A stretch of 64,000 bases of DNA from Alphaproteobacteria bacterium (GTDB taxonomy: Bacteria > Pseudomonadota > Alphaproteobacteria > RF32 > CAG-239): positions 10,706 to 74,705 of the forward strand of contig JAZQTW010000015.1 of the NCBI GenBank assembly GCA_045630985.1, given 5' to 3'. Below the pieces are notes generated by a model. It was not told the DNA's origin. It searched no databases and saw nothing but the letters and a program-made list of their open reading frames with translations. Shown here piece after piece: positions 47,247 through 55,144 of the stretch (positions within the stretch are counted from its first letter, which is position 1; each line of letters begins with the position of its first letter). The translations under genes were made by a program, and so were the position numbers.

Positions 47247-47379
47247 AACAAAAGCCAACCTCACCATTGTGGATGAGAAGGTTTGCCAACGTTAAAATAA
47301 CACTTTGTAAAATAATAAAAAAATTGCCTTATCAAAAACAAGGTATTTTTTTCTAATTTAGAGTGGGGGAACGCGACCA

Positions 47380-47426
47380 TTGTAAAAAAAAAAGAGGAAG
47401 AATTTTCTTCCTCTTTTTTTATTGTT
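47380..47426. terminator. bidirectional intrinsic terminator
   Basis: A10-GAGGAAGA-att-TTCTTCCTC-T9. Confidence 0.75.
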
Positions 47427-47428
47427 TT

Positions 47429-48064
47429 TTAGAAACCTATTACTTTTTTAGCTGCTTTTAAGTAGTTGGTATTTGGCATTTTATCTATACCTAAAGCTTC
47501 AACAGCGGTTTTCATCTTTGTGTAGTCTTCACTTTCACAACAAGCTGTTTCTACTAAAGCGCCATTCATCCAAACATAAGCATATTCGCAAATTACATCA
47601 TTTACAGAAAATCCATAGCGTTTCTTTTCTACTGTAACTAGAGCTAATTGATGATGGTTGCGTGCAAGCTCACAGAACTCTTCAAAAGAATATTCGTCTT
47701 TATCTAAGTCTAACTCTACTTTGAGGTGAGAAAGAATTGTTGCTAACTCTTCTTTTTTTACAGGGAAATTGAATTTTCCTCTAGGTTGGAAAATTTCATA
47801 TCCTTCTGGTGTTTCGCCAACTTTTGTTTTGATATCTAATAAATCATCGCGCACTTTTACGTTTGCTTCATCAGTCTTTTTAGATAAAATATATGTTTCT
47901 GCAGGCATTACACGTGCTTTATATAATACTGCTTTGCAGTTCCACATATTTTCTTTAACACCTTCTATAATATCTTTACCAAAAACTCTAAATTCGGCGC
48001 GAGGTGTTAATTTGGCAGCTTCGTCTGCTGATTGAGCTACATTTTTTGCAAAAACGTCTGTCAT
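47429..48064 (-). CDS. hypothetical protein, 211 aa (possibly a divergent CYTH-like domain), last gene of patatin-CYTH operon
   Basis: 24-nt gap to upstream CYTH gene; weak CYTH-like strand pattern (EFRVFGKD… VKVRDD… DIKTKVGE…) but lacks ExExK. Confidence 0.5.
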   Translation of the reverse strand: MTDVFAKNVAQSADEAAKLTPRAEFRVFGKDIIEGVKENMWNCKAVLYKARVMPAETYILSKKTDEANVKVRDDLLDIKTKVGETPEGYEIFQPRGKFNFPVKKEELATILSHLKVELDLDKDEYSFEEFCELARNHHQLALVTVEKKRYGFSVNDVICEYAYVWMNGALVETACCESEDYTKMKTAVEALGIDKMPNTNYLKAAKKVIGF

Positions 48065-48088
48065 TTTGTTTCTCCAATTATTTGATGA

Positions 48089-48559
48089 CTAGTTATTCCA
48101 TGTTGTATATGGATTTTTTACTAAGTTAGAGTTGAAGTAACGAGGGTCTCCAGATACTTCTTCGCCAATCCATTCTGGTTTTTCAAATTTTTGGTCTTCG
48201 CTTTGAAGCTCAACTTCTGCAACAATCAAACCTTTGTTAACTCCTAAAAACTCATCAATTTCCCAAACCAATCCGTCTAGAGCAATTTTGTAACGTATTT
48301 TTTCTACAATTGGTTGTTCTGCAAGGTTTGTAAGCATTTCAACACATTCATTGTGTGGAATTTCATATTCAAATTCCATACGAGTTATACCAACTGTTGG
48401 GCCTTTAATTGTCATGAAAGCTTTATCATTTATGGTGCGAATACGAACAGTACGTTCTTTTGCACTATTAAGGTATCCTTGACGATAATGTGTTCCTTGT
48501 GCTAAAGAACGCCAGCTGTCATCAATTACTAAAAATTTACGTTCAATTTCTTTTGACAT
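48089..48559 (-). CDS. CYTH-domain protein (triphosphate tunnel metalloenzyme; class IV adenylyl cyclase / inorganic triphosphatase family)
   Basis: N-terminal EIERKFLV (ExExK signature), acidic strand motifs EFEYEI, EIDEF, VAEVEL. Confidence 0.75.
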   Translation of the reverse strand: MSKEIERKFLVIDDSWRSLAQGTHYRQGYLNSAKERTVRIRTINDKAFMTIKGPTVGITRMEFEYEIPHNECVEMLTNLAEQPIVEKIRYKIALDGLVWEIDEFLGVNKGLIVAEVELQSEDQKFEKPEWIGEEVSGDPRYFNSNLVKNPYTTWNN

Positions 48560-48625
48560 TGTCTTCTCCTTGTAAATAAAACACGCTATTGTTTATATCA
48601 CACTGGGAGGAATAAGCAATATTTT

Positions 48626-49486
48626 TTATTGATTTGTGATTTGTGCTAAAAATTGTTTAACTTTATCTAGCATGTTTGTAGCATCTTGTCGACCTAGTTC
48701 GTACATTTCTTTAACTATATCAAGGTTTGGTTCCATTTTTGAAATATTTATAAATTTACTTGGGCGAATTAAGAGGATTTCTTCTTTTTGAGCTAATTTT
48801 TCTATTTCTTCTATCTCGTTATTGTACATTGTGTGGCGATTAAGTATTGTTTTGATGAAGTTTGGGTATTTTCTATAGATTAAATTTGCTAGCCACTTTG
48901 CCTTAAATGGCTTTTTGCGATATCCTTCAGGACGAGTTGCTATTACTATATTTTTTGTAAAACCTAAGGTTTTTGCGCCTTGTAGAGGTATACTATCGCA
49001 AATGCCTCCGTCTAAATATTTGTTGTTATTTAAATTTACTATTTGAGAGACAAATGGCATAGATGCTGATGCTCGCAAATAATCAATTTCTTTAAACAAG
49101 TCTTTACAGTGGATATATTCGGGCTTACCAGTTTCTATGTTAGATACAACTACGTAAAACTTGGTATTAGAATCCATAAATGTTTTGTTATCAAATGGGT
49201 CTAATTTTTCTGGTAAATCATGGTAGCAAAATTTTGTATCTACAATATTTCCGGTTAAGAGTAGAGAGCGAAAGCTCATAAAACGATAGTCATTTCCGTA
49301 TTTCATGTTATAACGGATGCTACGTTCTTTTTGTTTTGCCACATATGAACAACCATGTATTGCGCCTGCAGAAACGCCAATTACTCCGTCAAAGGTTATT
49401 CCGTTTTCTAAAAAAACATCTAGTACACCTGCGGTGTAGATACCTCTTTTTGCTCCACCTTCTAAAACTAATCCTGTTTTTTGCAT
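48626..49486 (-). CDS. patatin-like phospholipase
   Basis: oxyanion-hole LVLEGGAKRG, nucleophile elbow GVSAG, catalytic DGG (YLDGGICDS). Confidence 0.85.
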   Translation of the reverse strand: MQKTGLVLEGGAKRGIYTAGVLDVFLENGITFDGVIGVSAGAIHGCSYVAKQKERSIRYNMKYGNDYRFMSFRSLLLTGNIVDTKFCYHDLPEKLDPFDNKTFMDSNTKFYVVVSNIETGKPEYIHCKDLFKEIDYLRASASMPFVSQIVNLNNNKYLDGGICDSIPLQGAKTLGFTKNIVIATRPEGYRKKPFKAKWLANLIYRKYPNFIKTILNRHTMYNNEIEEIEKLAQKEEILLIRPSKFINISKMEPNLDIVKEMYELGRQDATNMLDKVKQFLAQITNQ

Positions 49487-49584
49487 ATTATCTATCCTTG
49501 TTTCTGTAAATTATTTGGAAAATTAGAACAAAACCCCAATATGGTCAATATAATAATCTATTTTTTAGTATGTATGTTATAAAT

Positions 49585-49613
49585 TTGACAAAGGGTGTTT
49601 TTTGTGATATACT
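49585..49613 (+). promoter_or_regulatory. sigma70-type promoter, copy 1 of conserved 27-nt core TTTGACAAAGGGTGTTTTTTGTGATAT
   Basis: -35 TTGACA (49585-90), 17-nt spacer, extended -10 TGaTATACT (49608-13). Confidence 0.65.
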
Positions 49614-49639
49614 GTATAAATATTGAAGGAGATAAGGGG

Positions 49640-49726
49640 ATGGAAAATGTATTAAATAATATGTGTAAAAGATTTGAGAATACCTTGAAAGTGGCGGTTT
49701 TCTACACACACACACACACACACACT
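49640..49726 (+). CDS. 28-codon leader ORF (MENVLNNMCKRFENTLKVAVFYTHTHTH*) containing (AC)10
   Basis: AGGAG RBS 8 nt upstream of ATG 49640; TAA immediately after the dinucleotide repeat; located between promoter and terminator. Confidence 0.35.
49704..49723 (+). repeat. (AC)10 dinucleotide microsatellite inside the leader ORF
   Basis: acacacacacacacacacac, only such tract in the window. Confidence 0.95.
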
Positions 49727-49756
49727 AACAAACCCTGCCGAGAAAATTTTTAACTA

Positions 49757-49797
49757 AGACCTCAAAGGTAACGAATTCCTTTGAGGTTTTGTTATTT
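49757..49797 (+). terminator. intrinsic terminator / attenuator 22 nt upstream of the 623-aa gene RBS
   Basis: ACCTCAAAGG-taacgaatt-CCTTTGAGGT (10-bp stem) + TTTTGTTATTT. Confidence 0.75.
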
Positions 49798-49818
49798 AAA
49801 ATATAAGGGAGACAAGAA

Positions 49819-51690
49819 ATGGATGGAGCTTTGTTAAAAGATATTTTTGAGAGGAGTTATGCTAATGAGTTAGTAGAATGTATTCGCTCAAATGGTAATG
49901 TAGATGATTTTATAAAAAATTTAGAAGAAAAACAAAGTGATGAACAACAATCTAAAATATATCAGTTTGTGGAGTATTATAAAAAGGTTTTAGAATATCC
50001 AAGTGATATTTCTAAAGAAGAAATATTGAAATCTGGTCTAAGTGAACAATATATTGAACGACAAATTATGGAAAGTAAATTTCCGGGTGAAGCTTTTAGG
50101 TCTATTAGAAGAATGTATGAGCAATTAGATAGACCGGCAGCTCCAATGGTTGCATTTAGGAGAGAGTATGCGGGGGGAGATATTGTTGAAAAATTAAAAC
50201 AAAAAGGTTTTGATGTTGCTACAGAAGATGATGAGAGGGCTGTTAATACAGATGTTTTTGTTGTAGATAAGCAATCTAGGACAATAAATGCTCCATTTTT
50301 AGCTCCGGATGAAGCATTGAAGGCTAATATAGCTATGATAGATGCTATTTATGAATGTGGATCTGAAGCATATTTATCTAGTCCAAGAACTAGAGAAACA
50401 TTTGCTATTGCAACTCATGAGCCTTTGTCTCAAGAAGAAGGAGTTGGATTAGATTTAGAAATAATAGCTTCTCATTATTCAAAAGATAATTATGAGAGGG
50501 TTATGAATAATTTTTATCAAGAATGTATAGAGGGAGAAGAACCGTACAAGATATTATGCAATTTTATAGATCACATAAAACCAAGGGATTTAGACCTACA
50601 TGATAAAATTATCAAAGAAGGAAAAGAAAGGTTTCCACGTTATTTATCCAGTGATTTATTAAAAGAAATAGAAGAAGAAGCTAGAAAAATTTTAGTAGAG
50701 CATAAAGAGGAGTTTATGCCTTATGTAAAATATGTGTATCAATATATGATGAAAGAAGAAGCATTTGAAAAAGGGATTGATTCGCATATTCCAGATAAGG
50801 AAAATATAGAAATGCTAGAACAAAATAAACCGATAACATCAGTTTTTCATGGAGGGAAAAAAGGTGGATTACCATATTCAATATTTGCTCGTAGGAAGGA
50901 AAAAAATATGATTCATACTTATGCGGCATCTATGATGGATTATGAAGTATATTCGGGAGGGAGTACTTCAAATAATCCTGTTGGGTATGCGGTTGCAGCT
51001 TCCTGTCATAATGCAAGGTCATTTGCGATATCTTTTGGTTTTGTTTATGAATATAAGTCTAGAGGAGAAAATCAGGAGATGTTGCTCTTGGATAGTGGTA
51101 GTAAACCATTTGATGGGGGAAAGTTTGTTGCCCCATACTCTGATGAAACAGCTGTGTATCCGCATCAAAATAAATTAAAAAAAATATATATTGCAACAAA
51201 GAGAGATGGGGTTTTTAGAGTTCTTCCATTAGAGGTAGATGAAGAAGGTAAAGTTAAAGATGCAAGATGGCGAGAATTTGTTGAATTGCATAACCCGGTG
51301 GATGATACATTATCTGGATTTATGGTTGATAGACAGAATAATATGATTGCGGAATATGATAAGTTAGGCAAAGAAAAGATGATGGATAGACGCTTAAGCA
51401 TTGATATTGGTGCAAAAAATATTTCTTTACCAATAAATTCGGAAAATGAAAGTGTAGAAAAAGTTGAAAGTTTATCTGCTGTATCTTCTGTATCAGTAGC
51501 AGAGATGTCTGAGAAGGAGAAGTATGTTTTCTTTAAAGCGCTTAGTAGAGGGGAGAATATGTTTCTTAATAAACATGAAGAAGCACAACAATTGGTTAAA
51601 AATGAGGAACAAACTAAAGTTACTTCTTTACAAAAAACGAAAGATTGTCAAAGAGTGATAGTTAATAGTAGAGATAAGGATAGAGATTAA
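49819..51690 (+). CDS. hypothetical protein, 623 aa, acidic, no recognised domain (candidate secreted effector)
   Basis: AAGGGAG RBS 7 nt upstream; long ORF with coding-like composition. Confidence 0.55.
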   Translation: MDGALLKDIFERSYANELVECIRSNGNVDDFIKNLEEKQSDEQQSKIYQFVEYYKKVLEYPSDISKEEILKSGLSEQYIERQIMESKFPGEAFRSIRRMYEQLDRPAAPMVAFRREYAGGDIVEKLKQKGFDVATEDDERAVNTDVFVVDKQSRTINAPFLAPDEALKANIAMIDAIYECGSEAYLSSPRTRETFAIATHEPLSQEEGVGLDLEIIASHYSKDNYERVMNNFYQECIEGEEPYKILCNFIDHIKPRDLDLHDKIIKEGKERFPRYLSSDLLKEIEEEARKILVEHKEEFMPYVKYVYQYMMKEEAFEKGIDSHIPDKENIEMLEQNKPITSVFHGGKKGGLPYSIFARRKEKNMIHTYAASMMDYEVYSGGSTSNNPVGYAVAASCHNARSFAISFGFVYEYKSRGENQEMLLLDSGSKPFDGGKFVAPYSDETAVYPHQNKLKKIYIATKRDGVFRVLPLEVDEEGKVKDARWREFVELHNPVDDTLSGFMVDRQNNMIAEYDKLGKEKMMDRRLSIDIGAKNISLPINSENESVEKVESLSAVSSVSVAEMSEKEKYVFFKALSRGENMFLNKHEEAQQLVKNEEQTKVTSLQKTKDCQRVIVNSRDKDRD

Positions 51691-51736
51691 TTTTATTTAT
51701 ACAATGTAGATGTTTTATATAAATATATGTATGTGT

Positions 51737-51765
51737 TTGACAAAGGGTGTTTTTTGTGATATGTT
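51737..51765 (+). promoter_or_regulatory. sigma70-type promoter, copy 2 of the conserved 27-nt core
   Basis: -35 TTGACA (51737-42), identical 17-nt spacer AAGGGTGTTTTTTGTGA, -10 TATGTT. Confidence 0.6.
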
Positions 51766-51797
51766 ATACGTATATTGTAAATTAAGGGAGGATTGAT

Positions 51798-52349
51798 ATG
51801 GTAAATGTAGCGCCTATAATTGCGGCGACAGCGGCAATGAATGCAGCATCAGCGGCTTTGAATGCAAAAAGAGTTTTAAATAAAGGTAAAAGAGTTCCAA
51901 CTGAAGAAGAAATAAAGAAAAACCAAGAGTATAAGGATAATGAAAAGGCTTTGAGTGAGGATTATGCAAAAGCTTATAAGAGAGCAAGGGCTAGTGTTGA
52001 TGAGAGTAAGACTGTTGTTGAATCACAAGATAGAATGGAAAAAGTTACTGCATATTATGATGATAAAGGAAATCTTTTAATACGTGAAACAGCATTGACT
52101 TTTATGATTGATGGAGAAACAACAACAGAAATTTATTCTCCTTACTCAGGTAAAAAGTTGTTTAGTAATAGAGTTTATCATAGTCCTGAAGAGGATATTG
52201 AGCATATTACTCATTATGATAGTGAAGGTAATGATGATACTCAGATGTATGCTAAAAAGAAGAAGCTTGAAGCTAAAAGAGATAAAGAAAAAGCAAAGAA
52301 GAGACTTAGAAGGATGAAACTTAATAGAGTCTTTCATAAAGGGAGATAA
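51798..52349 (+). CDS. hypothetical lysine-rich protein, 183 aa
   Basis: AAGGGAGG RBS 6 nt upstream; Ala-rich N-terminus (MVNVAPIIAATAAMNAASAAL), basic C-terminus. Confidence 0.5.
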   Translation: MVNVAPIIAATAAMNAASAALNAKRVLNKGKRVPTEEEIKKNQEYKDNEKALSEDYAKAYKRARASVDESKTVVESQDRMEKVTAYYDDKGNLLIRETALTFMIDGETTTEIYSPYSGKKLFSNRVYHSPEEDIEHITHYDSEGNDDTQMYAKKKKLEAKRDKEKAKKRLRRMKLNRVFHKGR

Positions 52350-52417
52350 AATAAATTGCATATAATGAAAAAACGGCATTTGTTATGCCGTTTTTTCATT
52401 GTGTTGAATTGGAAGAT

Positions 52418-52867
52418 TTATCGCTTTCCATAAACAATGATGTATTGATTATCACCTTTGTCAGCTAAAAGATATCCTACTTTATATCCTAGCTTGAAAG
52501 CGTTTTCACCATGATACCCATAGTTAGTAATCTTCCAACTTGTTGGGGTGTTTATGTATGTATGTACATTAAAACCTATGGAATTAAATTCGTAATATGT
52601 GTTTTTTGAATTTATTCCATAACTTCCGTTTGGAGTTATGTACATATCATGATAATCACCATCCTCTAGATAATTGCTATCGGAATTTTGCATAAATGCA
52701 TATACAAAATCCGCATCTTTTACAGCCTCTACTGAGGGTTGAGCATCACAGTATTCCTTTGTAGAATAGCATTCGCCATCTAAAAGGATGTTACCATCGC
52801 ATACTATTTGTGCGAAGGTAGTTGTACTAGTGAGAACTAGTAGCAAAGAAATAAAAATCTGTTTCAT
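52418..52867 (-). CDS. small secreted protein with signal peptide, Tyr/Asn/Gly-rich
   Basis: MKQIFISLLLVLTSTTTFA|QI signal peptide; 4 Cys near N-terminus. Confidence 0.5.
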   Translation of the reverse strand: MKQIFISLLLVLTSTTTFAQIVCDGNILLDGECYSTKEYCDAQPSVEAVKDADFVYAFMQNSDSNYLEDGDYHDMYITPNGSYGINSKNTYYEFNSIGFNVHTYINTPTSWKITNYGYHGENAFKLGYKVGYLLADKGDNQYIIVYGKR

Positions 52868-52970
52868 AAAAAATAATATTTGGTTATTAGATTTGTTTAT
52901 ATCACATTTTTAAGATTGTTGCAATAGTTTTTTGTACAAAAAAACCACCCAGTAAGGGTGGTGGTGTTAG

Positions 52971-53288
52971 CTATTCTTCTTTAAATGCTTTTATTAGGCT
53001 TGATAAAGCGATAATTAGACCTATAAAGAAGAAAATGCAGAAAATTATTAGAGATGTTGGTGTTGATACCCATGCTAGGTATATTGCAAAAGCTATTATG
53101 TAGTAGATAATAAAGTACATACAGCGCAAAATTATTTGTTTGTACTGGATTACCTCATTGGGAGTTGCTTTTGTAGTACATAGGCGAATGCGCCTTTTTT
53201 CCCATCTTCTAAGGAAATAGATGAAGCATAAGCAAAAAAGTATCAAGCTTATAGCCCATACATACAGAACAATTCTTGTTACTTCCAT
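52971..53288 (-). CDS. small membrane protein (3 TM)
   Basis: hydrophobic segments; weak. Confidence 0.3.
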   Translation of the reverse strand: MEVTRIVLYVWAISLILFCLCFIYFLRRWEKRRIRLCTTKATPNEVIQYKQIILRCMYFIIYYIIAFAIYLAWVSTPTSLIIFCIFFFIGLIIALSSLIKAFKEE

Positions 53289-53433
53289 AATGAATAATAA
53301 TTTATAGTGATTAATAATATCTGATTAATGTATAAGATTGGCTGAATTATATAAATGATGCGAATATTGTCAATACGATTGTTGATATAGAAAAAGCCAC
53401 TATGATAGTGGCTTTTAAGTTAGAAAAAATTTG

Positions 53434-54450
53434 CTAAAGTTCTTCCCATTTGATTTTTTTAGGGAACTGCTTGAACCAGTGTTCTTCGGTTATTTCAGGC
53501 ATTTTCAGTTCCAATGTTTGATAAACCATCTTTACCTTGTCAACCCTGTTTACCGGAACGATTCCAGAAGCATTTTTAATGCCGGATTTTTTTAGCAATG
53601 CAACTCGTTCTGATGTATCTGCACGGTGAGTATACCTGAATTCATGTCGCATAGTGATATCCAGACCTTCCAATCGCATATACTCCATGACATCGTATAT
53701 ATACATAGGCAGATAATCTTTTACTTGGCCGGATTTTGGAATTTGTGTGTAACGTCCTATTTGTCCTTTATCAATTTCATATAAAGGATAACGCCAGTAT
53801 TCATTATCATTACCATGATCGATCATAGGTTCTTTAGGTAGATCGTCCACACAAACCGTATATTCTCCCTTTGGAAGTCGGTCAATTTCAGCTCCAAACA
53901 GCAACTCATGGCTTGTGCGTTTCTCAAGTGAATAGTTCTTACAATTCCATAGTTTTGGCAGAGCAAGCATGTGATGAGGGTATGGGTATACCTGAAAATC
54001 TATAAAATAAAGAATGCGGTAATCTGTGATGAACATCATCTTCGGTCTTTCTGCGAATTTGTCGTCATTAGGATAAACTAGCAACACGTTGTTTACACAG
54101 GTTGCTATGATAAATTCTTTTACGTAATCTATCATCACCCTAATACTTTCGTTGTATTTGTCCTTAGAAAAATACGGCGTCCATGGGTTGTCAGGAAGAA
54201 GTGATTTCACATTTTCATAAGAAAAGTCAATCACCCAAACAGGACCGCCGGTTCTATGGCTTCCCCAAGTGCTGCTGTTGACAACAGTAAGGATAATTTC
54301 TTCCCATTCCTTGTTTCTCAATACTGCAAAATGGTGCTTGACCGGTTCGTTAAGCCAAGAGATGAACTCTTGTTCGGTGTCAAAGCAAGCTCGGGCTTCT
54401 TCAACACTGTCGATAATAATTTTCCTGATTTCTTCTTCTGTTTTTTTCAT
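53434..54450 (-). CDS. hypothetical protein, 338 aa, no recognised domain
   Basis: long ORF, no SD, upstream leader conserved with the 416-aa gene. Confidence 0.5.
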   Translation of the reverse strand: MKKTEEEIRKIIIDSVEEARACFDTEQEFISWLNEPVKHHFAVLRNKEWEEIILTVVNSSTWGSHRTGGPVWVIDFSYENVKSLLPDNPWTPYFSKDKYNESIRVMIDYVKEFIIATCVNNVLLVYPNDDKFAERPKMMFITDYRILYFIDFQVYPYPHHMLALPKLWNCKNYSLEKRTSHELLFGAEIDRLPKGEYTVCVDDLPKEPMIDHGNDNEYWRYPLYEIDKGQIGRYTQIPKSGQVKDYLPMYIYDVMEYMRLEGLDITMRHEFRYTHRADTSERVALLKKSGIKNASGIVPVNRVDKVKMVYQTLELKMPEITEEHWFKQFPKKIKWEEL

Positions 54451-54483
54451 AATAAGAATATTTAGAATAATTAATTAAACATT

Positions 54484-54557
54484 GTAATTTTTAATAGTGG
54501 AGTGAGTTTAATTCTTTTTAATTTAAAAATCAAATATTTTTTATGTCTAATTTTTTG
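54484..54557 (-). promoter_or_regulatory. conserved promoter/5' leader copy 2
   Basis: GTAATTTTTAATAGTGG (54484-54500) and AAAAATCAAATATTTTTTATGTCTAATTTTTT (54526-54557); gene-sense -35 TTGATT, 17 nt, -10 TAAACT. Confidence 0.55.
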
Positions 54558-54606
54558 CACTATAATCACTAGTTATAAAAAAAACATTCCAATAAAATAA
54601 AAAACC

Positions 54607-54640
54607 TCACCCAAAGGTGAGGTTTTTTATGATAAGAAAG
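54607..54640. terminator. intrinsic terminator
   Basis: AACCTCACC-caaa-GGTGAGGTT + TTTTTAT. Confidence 0.7.
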
Positions 54641-54650
54641 GAGTTTTGTT

Positions 54651-55067
54651 CTACTCGGTGTATACGAATATTTTTCCATCTATCATCTTCTGATTCTTTT
54701 TTAGTTTTACGATTATAGAAGGAAGAACCAAGAGGATAATGAAGAGTACTGCAAGCATAGGAATAAGTGTTTTCATAGTAGATATTCCATATGCAACATT
54801 TAACCAAATAGAAATGAAAAGGTAGGCACAAGCCATTAAACCGCCGAATATTGATGCTTTTGCCAAAGACCATAAGGTTTTTTGATTTGTGATAAAAGCT
54901 TCAGCATGTTCTTTGCTTGGGGCAAAAATGACGCCTTTTACTTTGTTACCCAGTGTGTCATAAGAAAATGGTAAAGCTTCTTTGAAGCCAACATCTTCCG
55001 GCTTTTTACCTTCGTTGTAATGAGAGAAAAAAATGGTAGCTCTCTCTGTCATTGTTAGCATGTCCAT
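54651..55067 (-). CDS. hypothetical membrane protein (138 aa, 2 C-terminal TM helices)
   Basis: ORF with terminator downstream. Confidence 0.45.
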   Translation of the reverse strand: MDMLTMTERATIFFSHYNEGKKPEDVGFKEALPFSYDTLGNKVKGVIFAPSKEHAEAFITNQKTLWSLAKASIFGGLMACAYLFISIWLNVAYGISTMKTLIPMLAVLFIILLVLPSIIVKLKKNQKMIDGKIFVYTE

Positions 55068-55144
55068 AATATAATATTTTTTAGAATAATAAACTTATTT
55101 CGTGGCAGTATATCTTTTTTGTCAAAAAAAGCAAGCGAAATTTT

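Noticed and set aside
50714-51401. Small ORFs 50714..50929(-), 50942..51178(+), 51165..51401(-) inside the 623-aa gene; 52108..52379 ORFs inside/antisense to the 183-aa gene
   Set aside because: Embedded in or antisense to the longer orphan ORFs; retained the longer frames because they have strong RBSs.
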